In this document: one piece after another, positions 28,067 through 38,441 of the stretch | Position numbering within the stretch: position 1 is the first letter of the stretch | How the letters are laid out: the number at the start of each line of letters is the position of its first letter | Assembly: GCA_003331545.1 (NCBI GenBank) | Contig: QOPC01000002.1 | Coordinates: forward strand, 14,518-78,517 | Length of the DNA: 64,000 bases | DNA from: SAR86 cluster bacterium | GTDB lineage: Bacteria > Pseudomonadota > Gammaproteobacteria > Magnimaribacterales > D2472 | Direction of reading: 5' to 3' | The notes under the pieces: model-generated | The model's database searches: none | Told to the model about the DNA's origin: nothing | The model's input: only the letters and a program-made list of their open reading frames with translations | Made by a program: the position numbers and the translations under genes

Positions 28067-30582
28067 TAGAAACATTAACAAAAAATAATCTTAAGTTTAA
28101 GCAAAACTTCCAAGAGATATTTCATAAGCCTGAATTAGTTCAAACTTATCTTATAAAGAGATCAAATGCATTTGATAAAATAATTATCAAAGAGTTTCTT
28201 CGCAGAGAGCTTGAAACTGATTTTGCAATAGTGGCTCTTGGTGGCTATGGACGAAAAGAGTTATTCCCCTCCTCCGATATTGATTTATCTATCATCAAAT
28301 TAAATTCCAAAACAAAGAAGATTGAGGAATTAAAAGACTTTATTGGATGGCTTTGGACGTTAAAGGTAAAGATTGGACATTCTGTGCGAACCATTAAAGA
28401 TATTGAAAAAATTATAAAAACTGATCTAAAAGAATTTACTTCACATCTTTCCTGCAGAATCATATATTGCAAAAAAGATAGTCTCAATGGCTTAAATAAA
28501 GATTTAAAAAGAATATTGGATAAATGGAATAAATCTAAATTCTTTAAGTCCAAGAGATTAGAACAAAATAAAAGAATGCAATCCTTTGATTCAACCGAAT
28601 TTAATCTTGAGCCAGATCTAAAAGAGTCGCCGGGATGTTTAAGAGATTATCAAACTGCTTTATGGATTTTAGAACACTGCTTTGCAATAAAGAAATTGCA
28701 AGATTGTGAAAAAATAGGTTTGTTCTCTAAGCAAGAAATTGCCAGTGTTAATAAATCCTATGCTCATATCAAAGCCTTAAGATTTATGCTTAATATTCTT
28801 AGCAATTCAAATCGCATCGGTTTTGAAAGTCAGCTTTTGTTAGCAAAAAAATCTAGGCTTAGATCTTCTAAAAAATCATCCGCTGTAGAGAAATTTATGC
28901 GAATTTTTTTTCTACATGCATCTAACCTATCTGATTTTAATGAATTTGTTTTTCAGGCATATGAAGATCAGCACTATCTCCTTAAAAGGCCCTTTGGCAA
29001 AGATTATTATATTTTTAAAGACCGCTTAGGGATTGCAGAAAACATAGATCTAGCTAAAAGACCCGAATTAATCTTATCTAGTTTTATTGAGGTAGGAAAA
29101 CATAAAAAAATTAATGGTTTAGATTTTCAATCTATCAAAAAGATAAAAAGGTCTCTATCAAATATTGATTCTAAATATTTTTTACTGCCGAAAGCTGGAT
29201 CTCAATTTCTTGAAATACTTAAATCAACCACTAATCTATCAACCATACTCAAAAAACTAAAACAATTGGGTTTGATGAGACTGCTTATCCCTGAATTTGG
29301 AGAAATTGAAGGTCAAATGCAGTTTGATATGTTCCACATATACACTGTCGATGAGCATACTTTTAAAGTGGTAAGAAATATGAGGCAGATGCAAATAGGT
29401 CAAGTTGATCCATCTTTGCATATTGAGCATGAACTTATCAATAAATTACCAAAAATTGAACTTTTGTATCTTGCAGGAATATTTCATGACCTTGGAAAAG
29501 GTAAAGGCGGAGATCATTCAGAAATAGGGGTAAAAATTATTGAGAAATTTTGTAAAAGGTTAAATTTTTCAATCCATGACACCGAGCTATTATGTTGGCT
29601 GGTTAAAAACCATTTAGTCATGTCATCTATTTCTCAAAAAACAGATGTGCATGATCCTGAAACAATTCTCAATTTCACAAAAAACGTTAATAGTTTGGAA
29701 AAACTTAATTATATTTACATGTTAACTATCAATGACATTCGAGGCACAAATCCAAACTTATGGAACTCATGGAAGCATGATTTATTAAAACAGCTTTTTA
29801 TGTCTTCTAGAAAAGAATTAAATCTTGAGGAAACACAATTTAATAAATCGATTATAGAAGAGCGAAGATCAGCATCTGCAAATACTATTGCCTCTGAAGA
29901 TCGTAATTTATTAGATGAAGTATGGGATCAATTGCCGGACGCTTATTTTTCTAAGTATCAACTTGAGCAACTCTCTTATCAAGCCAAGCTGATAGTATTA
30001 GCTAAAAGACAAACTGCAGTTTTTGTTCGTAGTAGAAAAAATTTAATTGAGATTTTTATTTTTACACCCAATCAATCTGGATTGTTTTTAAAAACAGTTC
30101 GAGGCTTTGAAAAACTATCACTGGAAACCATTGATTCTGATATTCATACAACAAATAACGGTCAATTTGCATTGAATACTTTTATTTGCAAGCATAAAAT
30201 CCTTGGCGGTAATCTAATTCAAAGAGACTTTCAAAATATAGAGCAAAAAATTATTCGTGAGATTTCATCTGGCGAATTTACAAAAGCTATTAAAGTTAAA
30301 TCTAAAAATAAAAAATTGTTTAAATATCCAACCAGAGTTCATATATCTTCAACCACCAAAAAAGATGCAAGCCTAGTTACTTTGGAAACTCTGGATCAAC
30401 CAAATCTGCTTTCAAAAGTTGCAAACATATTTTTAAATCAAGGCATTAGCATTGACTCAGCGAGAATCACAACTCTTGGTGAAAAAGTTGAGGATAATTT
30501 TAAAGTGATTGATGAAAGAACCAAATCTTGCATTAGTCTGAAGAAGACTAATCAGCTGAAAAATAAATTAAAGAGTCTATAA
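28063..30582 (+). CDS. glnD: Bifunctional [protein-PII] uridylyltransferase/uridylyl-removing enzyme (TTG start overlapping the map stop)
   Basis: 839 aa. Nucleotidyltransferase motif GGYGRKELFPSSDIDL, HD domain (FHDLGKGKGGDHSEIG) and two C-terminal ACT-like regions. Conserved map-glnD-dapD order. Confidence 0.92.
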   Translation: MIETLTKNNLKFKQNFQEIFHKPELVQTYLIKRSNAFDKIIIKEFLRRELETDFAIVALGGYGRKELFPSSDIDLSIIKLNSKTKKIEELKDFIGWLWTLKVKIGHSVRTIKDIEKIIKTDLKEFTSHLSCRIIYCKKDSLNGLNKDLKRILDKWNKSKFFKSKRLEQNKRMQSFDSTEFNLEPDLKESPGCLRDYQTALWILEHCFAIKKLQDCEKIGLFSKQEIASVNKSYAHIKALRFMLNILSNSNRIGFESQLLLAKKSRLRSSKKSSAVEKFMRIFFLHASNLSDFNEFVFQAYEDQHYLLKRPFGKDYYIFKDRLGIAENIDLAKRPELILSSFIEVGKHKKINGLDFQSIKKIKRSLSNIDSKYFLLPKAGSQFLEILKSTTNLSTILKKLKQLGLMRLLIPEFGEIEGQMQFDMFHIYTVDEHTFKVVRNMRQMQIGQVDPSLHIEHELINKLPKIELLYLAGIFHDLGKGKGGDHSEIGVKIIEKFCKRLNFSIHDTELLCWLVKNHLVMSSISQKTDVHDPETILNFTKNVNSLEKLNYIYMLTINDIRGTNPNLWNSWKHDLLKQLFMSSRKELNLEETQFNKSIIEERRSASANTIASEDRNLLDEVWDQLPDAYFSKYQLEQLSYQAKLIVLAKRQTAVFVRSRKNLIEIFIFTPNQSGLFLKTVRGFEKLSLETIDSDIHTTNNGQFALNTFICKHKILGGNLIQRDFQNIEQKIIREISSGEFTKAIKVKSKNKKLFKYPTRVHISSTTKKDASLVTLETLDQPNLLSKVANIFLNQGISIDSARITTLGEKVEDNFKVIDERTKSCISLKKTNQLKNKLKSL

Positions 30583-30619
30583 AATTACAATATAGATAAA
30601 GACTGAATATAATAAGCTC

Positions 30620-31627
30620 ATGAATAATCTTCCATTAATTGGTCTTGGCATAGCAACCAAAAGTGAATCAGGTCAAACCTTGGATACTTTTTTTCCATTA
30701 ATAGTATTTAAGGGTGGTGAGGAGAAATATGATCAGTGCTTTGATGATTGGAATGCTTTAATGAGTGAGGATGTGATTGAAGTTAAAGACCCTCTTTTAC
30801 TTAATCTGCAGGATGATGATTTGAGCGATTCAATAGATCATCTCAATGATAATCAAGCTCTTATTCTATGTAGAATCTCTGATAATAAATCTATTGAGAA
30901 CACTGAGGAGGCCTATTTAAAATTGCACTTAATTTCATACAAATATTTTGTGCCCAATTCACTCAATCTTGAAAACCTTTTCGGTCATCTTGTAAATGTT
31001 GCCTGGACCAATCAGGGGCCGATTGAGCTTGAGGGGATTGAAAAAAAAATATTATCTGCAAAGAAAAAAAATCAGCTTCTTGAAATCAATTCTATTGATA
31101 AATTTCCTTGTTTGACAGATTACATCATTCCACCGGGCGTGCGTATTGCAGATTCAAGCAGGGTCAGATTGGGGGCTTACCTTTCTGAAGGAACAACAGT
31201 CATGCACGAAGGGTTTGTTAACTTTAATGCTGGCACCTTGGGTCCTGCGATGATTGAAGGTAGAATCTCTGCGGGTGTTGTGGTTGGTAAAAACTCAGAC
31301 TTAGGCGGTGGCTGCAGTACTATGGGAACTCTTTCAGGTGGAAATAATATCAAGATATCTGTGGGTGAAAATTGCCTGCTTGGTGCAAATTCAGGTTTAG
31401 GAATTCCAATCGGCGATAACTGCATAGTTGAAGCAGGTCTATATGTAACAGGAGGCTCAAAAGTAACTAAATATAATGCGCAAAATGAACCTGAATTAGT
31501 TATAAAGGCATCAGAACTTGCAGGACAAGACAACCTACTTTTTATAAGAAACTCGCAAAATGGAGCTATCGAAGCAAAGGTTAATCCTAAATCCATTGAA
31601 TTAAATGAATCACTCCATAAAAATTAG
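30620..31627 (+). CDS. dapD: 2,3,4,5-tetrahydropyridine-2,6-dicarboxylate N-succinyltransferase (long, Pseudomonas-type)
   Basis: 335 aa. The left-handed beta-helix region VMHEGFVNFNAGTLGPAMIEGRISAGVVVGKNSDLGGGCSTMGTLSGG closely matches the Pseudomonas-type DapD I recall. Confidence 0.92.
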   Translation: MNNLPLIGLGIATKSESGQTLDTFFPLIVFKGGEEKYDQCFDDWNALMSEDVIEVKDPLLLNLQDDDLSDSIDHLNDNQALILCRISDNKSIENTEEAYLKLHLISYKYFVPNSLNLENLFGHLVNVAWTNQGPIELEGIEKKILSAKKKNQLLEINSIDKFPCLTDYIIPPGVRIADSSRVRLGAYLSEGTTVMHEGFVNFNAGTLGPAMIEGRISAGVVVGKNSDLGGGCSTMGTLSGGNNIKISVGENCLLGANSGLGIPIGDNCIVEAGLYVTGGSKVTKYNAQNEPELVIKASELAGQDNLLFIRNSQNGAIEAKVNPKSIELNESLHKN

Positions 31628-31632
31628 AATTT

Positions 31633-32769
31633 ATGTCTGCTATAGAACTAGCTCAATCGCTAATTAAAATAAAATCAATTTCTCCCAAAGATGAAGGTTG
31701 TTTTGATCTAGTCGAGGCTGAGCTTGCTCCATTGGGTTTTGAGACTAAACGAATACCTGAACTAAATTGTGAAACATTATTAGCTAAATTTGGTAATTCA
31801 GGAAAAGTATTTTGCTTCTTAGGACACACAGATATAGTCCCTTCAGGACCAGAGGATGAATGGACTTCGCCCCCTTTTGAGGCAAATATTATTAATGCAG
31901 AGCTTATTGGAAGAGGTGCTGCTGACATGAAAGGCAGCGTAGCAGTATTTATTCAATCCGTTAAAAAATTCTTAACTGCTAATCCAAATCCTAGTTTTCA
32001 GATTTGGGTCATGCTTACTAGCAATGAGGAAGGCGAGCCAGAAGACGGTAAAATAAATACTTTAATTGATTCATTGACTAGTCAAAATGAATTTATTGAT
32101 TATTGTTTAGTTGGTGAGGCCAGCTCATCTGAAAGTGTTGGAGATGTTTTAAGGGTTGGAAGAAGAGGATCTTTAAGTGGAAATCTTCGGTTAATTGGTA
32201 AACAAGGTCATGTAGCATATCCTCAAAAAGTTCTTAGTCCTATTTTAGAAGCGGGACCAATCATTAATGAACTTAATCAAATTATATGGGACGCAGGGAA
32301 CGAATTCTTTGATCCAACTTCTTTTCAAATTTCCAATATCGAAGCTGGCACAGGAGCTACAAATGTTGTACCAGGAAGCCTTAAAATGCTTTTTAACTTT
32401 AGATTTTCTCCTGAATCAACTGAAGAATCTCTTAGAAAAAGGTTTGTTGAAGTCTTAGAAAAATCTAAATGTGAATTTGAGATTGAGTGGACATTAAACG
32501 CACAGCCATATTTGACAACAAAAACTGAATTTTTATCGATTATCCAAGCTGCATTGAAAAAAGTTAACGGCAAGGTGGCTGAAGTTAATAATGGGGGTGG
32601 GACATCTGATGGCAGATGGATTTCTCCCACCGGCTCAGAAGTTATTGAGCTTGGGCCAAGAAATAAAACCATACACCAAATTGATGAAAAGATATCTTTA
32701 GATGACCTAAAGCAGCTTCAAGAAATCTATCACCAAATACTCGTTGAAACTAACTACAAAGCCAGTTAG
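31633..32769 (+). CDS. dapE: Succinyl-diaminopimelate desuccinylase
   Basis: 378 aa. M20 peptidase motifs (GHTDIVP, GRGAADMKG, NEEG). Confidence 0.92.
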   Translation: MSAIELAQSLIKIKSISPKDEGCFDLVEAELAPLGFETKRIPELNCETLLAKFGNSGKVFCFLGHTDIVPSGPEDEWTSPPFEANIINAELIGRGAADMKGSVAVFIQSVKKFLTANPNPSFQIWVMLTSNEEGEPEDGKINTLIDSLTSQNEFIDYCLVGEASSSESVGDVLRVGRRGSLSGNLRLIGKQGHVAYPQKVLSPILEAGPIINELNQIIWDAGNEFFDPTSFQISNIEAGTGATNVVPGSLKMLFNFRFSPESTEESLRKRFVEVLEKSKCEFEIEWTLNAQPYLTTKTEFLSIIQAALKKVNGKVAEVNNGGGTSDGRWISPTGSEVIELGPRNKTIHQIDEKISLDDLKQLQEIYHQILVETNYKAS

Positions 32770-32775
32770 TCAAAT

Positions 32776-34242
32776 TTAATCTTTTGCGGTTTTTATAACA
32801 AAAGATAAACCAATCAACGCTGCAGCTATTATCAAATAGTACTGAATCATAAATTCAAAGATTGGTGAAATTGTCTCCAATCCTCCATCGAGAGCCTCCC
32901 CTCCTAGCAATCCTGCCAGCACTCCACCTATTGCACTTGCTAAGAACCATAGACCAAACATTTGCCCCATGTAACGCTTTGGACCATATCGAGAAAAAGC
33001 TGATAAGCCTATTGGTGATAAAGCTAATTCGCCCCACGTTTGGAATAAGTAAGTAAGCAACAACCATTGCATGCCAACGGGAGAGGATTCAATAGCAATA
33101 TTGACTGCTATGATCATTATAAAAAAGCTCAGTGCCATAAATAAAAGTCCAATAGCAAATTTGAATGGCAATGATGGATCTAGGTTCATCCTTGCTAGTT
33201 GAGCCCAAATACCTGCAAAAATAGGAGCGAACAGAACAACAATCACTGGATTTGCAAATTGAAGCCAGCCAACTGGAATCACATAACCGGCTACAGATAA
33301 ATCTGTATAGTCTCTTGCAAAAATATTTAATGAGCCAGCAGATTGATCAAAACCAGACCAAAAAGCAGCAGCTCCAATAAACAGCAAGAATAATAGAATT
33401 AAATTTTTTCTTTCCGCTGCATTAAGTCCAGCAAAGAGAAATAAGTAAATAAAATACAAGCCAGCAATAATAGTGAGAAAATATGCAAATTGTTCAGCAA
33501 AGAATCTTGGATCTATAACAAAGAAACCCAACAACCCTGCTCCAATTACTAAAAACATTCCTACAAGAGAAACCTTCAGGTAATTTGTATACTTTAATCG
33601 TTTTTCATCAGGCATTTCGTTTGGATGCATTCCAGCGTCACCAAGTAAATGTCGATGCTTAATATATTGGATAACTCCAAAAGTCATTCCGATGCCAGCA
33701 GCACCAAAGCCCCAATGCCAACCAATCTTTTCACCCAAATAAGAACAAATTAGAAATCCCAATGTTGATCCAATATTAATGGACATATAAAAAATCGTAT
33801 AGCCTGAATCCCTTTTATCATCTTGACCCTCATAAAGTTGGCCAACAATTGTAGAGATATTTCCTTTAAGCAGGCCAGTACCGAGCACTACAAAAATTAG
33901 TCCTAAGAAAAAAGTCTGTTCAATAGGAATTGCTAAAGTAAAATGTCCCAGCGCAATGATTAAAGCCCCTATCAGAACTGCTTTTTGGTGGCCCAATATA
34001 TTATCGGCTATCCAGCCTCCGGGAACGACCATGAAATAAACCATCCCAGAATAAATTCCATAAATTGCTTGAGCTTCAACTTGCGACCAGCCTAGTCCTG
34101 GATTAAAACCAGTTACAGCTCCTGTCATATATAAAACCAATAAAGCTCGCATCCCATAATAGGACATACGCTCCCACATTTCAGTCAAGAAGAGTGTTCT
34201 TAATCCAATTGGGTGCCCAAAAAAAGTATTACTTGTATTCAT
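32776..34242 (-). CDS. POT/PTR2-family di-/tripeptide:proton symporter
   Basis: 488 aa, about 14 TM helices. The N-terminal signature FGHPIGLRTLFLTEMWERMSYYGMRALLVLY matches the ExxERFxYYG motif. Confidence 0.9.
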   Translation of the reverse strand: MNTSNTFFGHPIGLRTLFLTEMWERMSYYGMRALLVLYMTGAVTGFNPGLGWSQVEAQAIYGIYSGMVYFMVVPGGWIADNILGHQKAVLIGALIIALGHFTLAIPIEQTFFLGLIFVVLGTGLLKGNISTIVGQLYEGQDDKRDSGYTIFYMSINIGSTLGFLICSYLGEKIGWHWGFGAAGIGMTFGVIQYIKHRHLLGDAGMHPNEMPDEKRLKYTNYLKVSLVGMFLVIGAGLLGFFVIDPRFFAEQFAYFLTIIAGLYFIYLFLFAGLNAAERKNLILLFLLFIGAAAFWSGFDQSAGSLNIFARDYTDLSVAGYVIPVGWLQFANPVIVVLFAPIFAGIWAQLARMNLDPSLPFKFAIGLLFMALSFFIMIIAVNIAIESSPVGMQWLLLTYLFQTWGELALSPIGLSAFSRYGPKRYMGQMFGLWFLASAIGGVLAGLLGGEALDGGLETISPIFEFMIQYYLIIAAALIGLSFVIKTAKD

Positions 34243-34280
34243 ATTATTTGAGTTATGATCTGAGTAGTTACTATATCAGA

Positions 34281-34703
34281 ATGATGAAAAAAACACTGTA
34301 CGTTGGACCTTTTCTAAGAATCATAGCTTTTGTCTATGATTTTTTTTTATTGCTCGGAGTATGGTTTTTAGTAGGGTCTATTGCACTATGGCTTAATAAC
34401 GGAACGATTTTAAATCCAGTTATTGGAATTGCATTGGTGTTAATTAGCGGCTGGGCATTTTTTGCATATTTTTGGACGAAAAGTGGGCAAACTCTTGGCA
34501 TGCAAGTTTGGAAATTTAAAATTGTTAATTCAGATTCCAATAAAGACCAAATTACGCTGGGTCAAACAATGCTTAGATATTTAGTTAATTGCGGAATATT
34601 TGCTCTTTTTGGGATGCCTCTATTTTTAATCTATGCAGACTCTAGGAAACAGGCAGTTAATGATATTCTCTCAAAAACACATCTAGAAAAAATAAATAGT
34701 TGA
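34281..34703 (+). CDS. RDD-family membrane protein
   Basis: Started at the ATG at 34281 (MMKKTLYVGPFLRIIAFVYDFFLLLG...). It has the R..A...D signature and 3 TM helices. The track ORF start at 34194 overlaps the divergent transporter gene and encodes low-complexity Tyr/Ser-rich sequence. Confidence 0.7.
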   Translation: MMKKTLYVGPFLRIIAFVYDFFLLLGVWFLVGSIALWLNNGTILNPVIGIALVLISGWAFFAYFWTKSGQTLGMQVWKFKIVNSDSNKDQITLGQTMLRYLVNCGIFALFGMPLFLIYADSRKQAVNDILSKTHLEKINS

Positions 34704-34714
34704 CATTTCCAAAG

Positions 34715-35725
34715 CTAAATCCTTTTAAACTTGCAACTCCCAATACAAATCAAAATAATAATCGGCAAAAGATGTGCAATTAAAACTGGCCACTGATATG
34801 TCATAAAGGAGGCCACGCTCAGGTCTTTAAGCAAGTCATAAATTAGGCCAAGTGAAATGCCTATAATTATCTGTCGACCTACTCCCACTGAACGCAAGTT
34901 TTCAAACATCAAGCTACCTGCTAAAAAGATTATTGCGATAATCGATAATGGCAACAACATTCTTTTGTAGATCAATGAGTTAATTCTCCAAGTATCATCT
35001 AAAGATTTATAAGATCCTTTTAGGCTCAATAAAGATGCTAGAGAAAATGTTTCCAGCTTACTGTCGGAGACCAAAAATGATACGGGAAAATGAAAAGTTT
35101 TTTGACCGGATGAATTAGAGAGCTTGAGCTCGCCATTATTTAGCTTGCCCTCATTATAATTTGAAGAGGAAATGATCTTTTGCTGCTCGTTGAATTCTAT
35201 AATCTGAATTGATTTTGCGTCTAAATTATTCAATCTCTCAAGACCAATTAATTTCTTTTTTGAAATTGCCCATTGAAATACTTCCTCAGATTGCTCCGAT
35301 TGGTTCAGAGCTTGAGATTTTTTTGATAAATCTAAAAATATGGCCTCATCAATAATAATTAAAAAAAATGAGAGCACGATTGGGCCAATGCCAGATATTA
35401 GTACTATTTTTATTGGTGAAAAGCCTACAGATCGCAAAAAAATTAGATTGCCTTGCTGATTAAATATTGTAAGAGCAATCAAAGTACCTATGAGCGTGGA
35501 ACTCTCGAGGTATTGCATCCCTTTGTGAGGCTGTTCAAGCAAAACAGATTTTAAAATTACATAAAAATCCATGTCCTCATTTATATTTTCAAGCTCCAAT
35601 ACAAGAGTTACTGAAAAATCAAGGAACACCATTACAATCCAAACCAAGGTTGAAATTAGAAAACTTCTTCGGATGAGGTGTTGGGAGTATGTATTAAAAA
35701 TATTAGCAATCACGAGCTTAGCCAT
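34715..35725 (-). CDS. lptG: LPS export ABC transporter permease LptG
   Basis: 336 aa. YjgP/YjgQ-type topology (TM cluster, periplasmic beta-jellyroll region, TM cluster). Follows lptF with a 16-nt overlap. Confidence 0.85.
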   Translation of the reverse strand: MAKLVIANIFNTYSQHLIRRSFLISTLVWIVMVFLDFSVTLVLELENINEDMDFYVILKSVLLEQPHKGMQYLESSTLIGTLIALTIFNQQGNLIFLRSVGFSPIKIVLISGIGPIVLSFFLIIIDEAIFLDLSKKSQALNQSEQSEEVFQWAISKKKLIGLERLNNLDAKSIQIIEFNEQQKIISSSNYNEGKLNNGELKLSNSSGQKTFHFPVSFLVSDSKLETFSLASLLSLKGSYKSLDDTWRINSLIYKRMLLPLSIIAIIFLAGSLMFENLRSVGVGRQIIIGISLGLIYDLLKDLSVASFMTYQWPVLIAHLLPIIILICIGSCKFKRI

Positions 35726-36837
35726 GCTGAGAGTATAAATATTAGAAAAATAATTAGAATTATTCTTATTCTTGAGTAAGAAAATAAGCGATTTAAAGAG
35801 ACTCTTCCGTCAAGCCAAAAAAGAACAATGCCAAAAAATAAAAACACTCCATGTACCGGCCAAAGCAAATAATAAAAAATATCCCAGTTGGATGAATAGC
35901 TTTCTCTGAATGCAACTAGAGCACTTAAATAAAAAATGTAGATTAAAACTCCTGTAACCAAATTGCCTTCCCTACCAGATCTTGGATTTTCTTTGCCAAA
36001 AACAAAACTAAGAAGCATCAATGCTAATAGCATAAGTGGAATGCTTGCATTCCACTGATTCTGAATAAAATTAGACTGCTCTTTGTAATCAAGTAACTTA
36101 GAGAGCGTAAATGATTGATTATTGTCTTGCCCAACCTCTATTGCATGCTTCAATTCTTTGAAAGATGCGTCTATTTTGTTAGGGCTATTCAAGTTTGGAT
36201 AGACATAGCCATTCTTAAAATTAAGCATCATTTGACTGCCTTCTTTAAAGATTTCGAGCAAGTCTGCTCTTACAAGAGATAGGGAGAGATCTTGTTGGAC
36301 AAAAAATGTAACTTCAGTCATCTTATTGCCATCAAATGAATCAAAGTAAAGGTAGGTCTCAGCATTATCAAGATTTACCAATGTCTTCGGTTTCAGCATG
36401 GACAGCTGATCTTCGTAGGATTGTTCTGCTATCAAACTTTTAGAAAGTGCTTTTCCATATGGCGCCAAATACACACTTATTAAAAAACAAACTGTAAGGC
36501 TAATTAAAAAAAATGGGGTAATGAGCTTCATGATTTTCAAACGAGAAACTCCAGCAGAAAAATATGCATATATTCCGTTAGAGTTGTAAAGTTCTGAAAT
36601 AACAAGAAGCATGCTTAAAAAAAATGCAAAAGGTATTAACAATGCCAAGAAATCAGGCAGTCGAAGAAAAATAACACTAAAAATAATATTTGGATTGATG
36701 CTACCATTTGCAGCTTGCTCAAAATATCCCACTAATCTAGAAGAAAAAATTAGCGCAGTTAAAATAAATAAAATGGCAAAAAAACCTTTAAAAAATTGAG
36801 AATTTAAATGAATTGCAAGAATATTCTTTTTATACAT
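35710..36837 (-). CDS. lptF: LPS export ABC transporter permease LptF
   Basis: 375 aa. YjgP/YjgQ family topology. Divergent from pepA, as in E. coli and Pseudomonas. Confidence 0.85.
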   Translation of the reverse strand: MYKKNILAIHLNSQFFKGFFAILFILTALIFSSRLVGYFEQAANGSINPNIIFSVIFLRLPDFLALLIPFAFFLSMLLVISELYNSNGIYAYFSAGVSRLKIMKLITPFFLISLTVCFLISVYLAPYGKALSKSLIAEQSYEDQLSMLKPKTLVNLDNAETYLYFDSFDGNKMTEVTFFVQQDLSLSLVRADLLEIFKEGSQMMLNFKNGYVYPNLNSPNKIDASFKELKHAIEVGQDNNQSFTLSKLLDYKEQSNFIQNQWNASIPLMLLALMLLSFVFGKENPRSGREGNLVTGVLIYIFYLSALVAFRESYSSNWDIFYYLLWPVHGVFLFFGIVLFWLDGRVSLNRLFSYSRIRIILIIFLIFILSAWLSS

Positions 36838-36903
36838 GCCTTTAAGTATCTTGATGCATTACAATAAATATCTTATCAGTAATTTTTATCAGGAGTATGG
36901 TTT

Positions 36904-38418
36904 ATGGCTTACAAAGTCTTATCGAGTCTAACAGCAAACAATGTTAATTCTGCAGATCTATTAAAAGTTAAAACAGATCTGTTGATTATTGCCGTTAATA
37001 AAAAAACATCGGCAGCCGCTGAACTAAAAGGCCTGCAAGCAAACGCCCAATCGTTGGTTAAAGAATCAATCAAAGAAATTAATAGTGGGTCTAGAAAATC
37101 TATTTTTCTCCCTGCCCCAGCTAAAGTTTCTGCTAAAAATATTCTGCTGATTAAAGAACCAGATCCCAAAGCAGCCAGCTTTTTAGTACTTCGTTATTAC
37201 GAAGAGATCATGGGCTTGGTCAAATCAGCCAAGGCAAAGGATTTTGCATATCTCATGAGCTCAACTACTTCAAAGGATTTTGATTTGGCGTGGGCTGCTG
37301 AAGTAGCAGCTAGAACATTTGAGTCTACAGCCTACACTTTCAATGCAACAAAAAATAAAACTGCTAAACCTATAATAGTTAAAAAGGGAGCCCTGTTATT
37401 TGCTGGCTTAACTCCGGCAAAACTAAGATCAGTTAAAGCTTCGGTAAAACTAGGTCATGCTGTTGGTGAAGGAATGAATGCTACAAAACACCTGGGTGAT
37501 TTACCTGCAAACCATTGCACACCAAGAATAATTGAGCGTAAAACAAAAGCCCTTAAAAAAGATTTTCCAGCTCTAAAAATTTCTAGTCTCAATGAGAAGG
37601 ATATGGAGAGATTGAAAATGGGATCTTATTTATCAGTTGGCAAAGGGAGTGATGAGCCATCCAGGATGATGACAATTGAATACAAGGGTGGTGCAAAAGA
37701 TAAGCAGCCTATCGTGTTAGTAGGCAAAGGAATTACATTTGATACTGGTGGTATCTCAATTAAGCCAAGCCCTGCTATGGATGAGATGAAATGGGACATG
37801 TGCGGAGCTGCATCCGTATTTGGCATTATGCAAACACTGGCTAGACTGAAAGCTAAAGTGAATGTTGTAGGCTTGTTGGTTTGTGCAGAAAATATGCCCT
37901 CTGCACGCGCCACTAAACCTGGTGATGTTGTTACTTCCATGTCAGGCCAAACCATCGAAATTTTGAACACAGACGCTGAGGGTAGATTAGTGCTATGTGA
38001 TGCGTTGACTTACTCAAAGAAGTTCAAGCCTAGTCATGTAATCGATATGGCTACTTTAACTGGAGCTGTAGTTGTTGCGCTTGGTAGTCCTGCTACTGGA
38101 GTGATGGCCAATAACCAACCTCTGGCTGATAAAATTTTAGCAGCTGGAGAAAAATCTGGGGACAGAGCCTGGCAATTGCCTCTTTGGGACGAATATGCGC
38201 ATTGTACAAAAACAAATTTTGCAGACCTTGCAAATATTGGTGGTGGTAGAGAAGCTGGAACTATCCATGCTGCCTCATTTCTATCTAATTTTACAAAAGA
38301 TTTTAAATGGGCTCATATGGATATTGCAGCAAGTGCCTGGAATGGTGGCGCTAAAAAAGGTGGCACCGGCAGACCAGTTCCATTGTTAGCTGAATTAATT
38401 TTAAATGGAAATTTATAA
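36904..38418 (+). CDS. pepA: Leucyl aminopeptidase (M17)
   Basis: 504 aa. VGKGITFDTGGISIKP and the M17 signature NTDAEGRLVLCDAL. SD AGGAG lies upstream. Confidence 0.96.
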   Translation: MAYKVLSSLTANNVNSADLLKVKTDLLIIAVNKKTSAAAELKGLQANAQSLVKESIKEINSGSRKSIFLPAPAKVSAKNILLIKEPDPKAASFLVLRYYEEIMGLVKSAKAKDFAYLMSSTTSKDFDLAWAAEVAARTFESTAYTFNATKNKTAKPIIVKKGALLFAGLTPAKLRSVKASVKLGHAVGEGMNATKHLGDLPANHCTPRIIERKTKALKKDFPALKISSLNEKDMERLKMGSYLSVGKGSDEPSRMMTIEYKGGAKDKQPIVLVGKGITFDTGGISIKPSPAMDEMKWDMCGAASVFGIMQTLARLKAKVNVVGLLVCAENMPSARATKPGDVVTSMSGQTIEILNTDAEGRLVLCDALTYSKKFKPSHVIDMATLTGAVVVALGSPATGVMANNQPLADKILAAGEKSGDRAWQLPLWDEYAHCTKTNFADLANIGGGREAGTIHAASFLSNFTKDFKWAHMDIAASAWNGGAKKGGTGRPVPLLAELILNGNL

Positions 38419-38441
38419 GACTTTTCAAATCTGCATAGTGA

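Noticed and set aside
31177-31596. 139-aa antisense ORF in dapD, surprisingly long for an AT-rich genome. Similar ORFs occur at 32325..32672 in dapE and 37626..37970 in pepA.
   Set aside because: It lies opposite the Gly-rich hexapeptide-repeat region of DapD. GGN/GNN codons read antisense give stop-free Pro/Thr/Ser runs. There is no start context and no recognisable fold.
34194-34280. Upstream extension of the RDD-family ORF that overlaps the POT transporter start.
   Set aside because: It encodes Tyr/Ser low-complexity sequence (YYLYSYYLSYDLSSYYI) antisense to the transporter N-terminus. The ATG at 34281 precedes the conserved RDD N-terminus.
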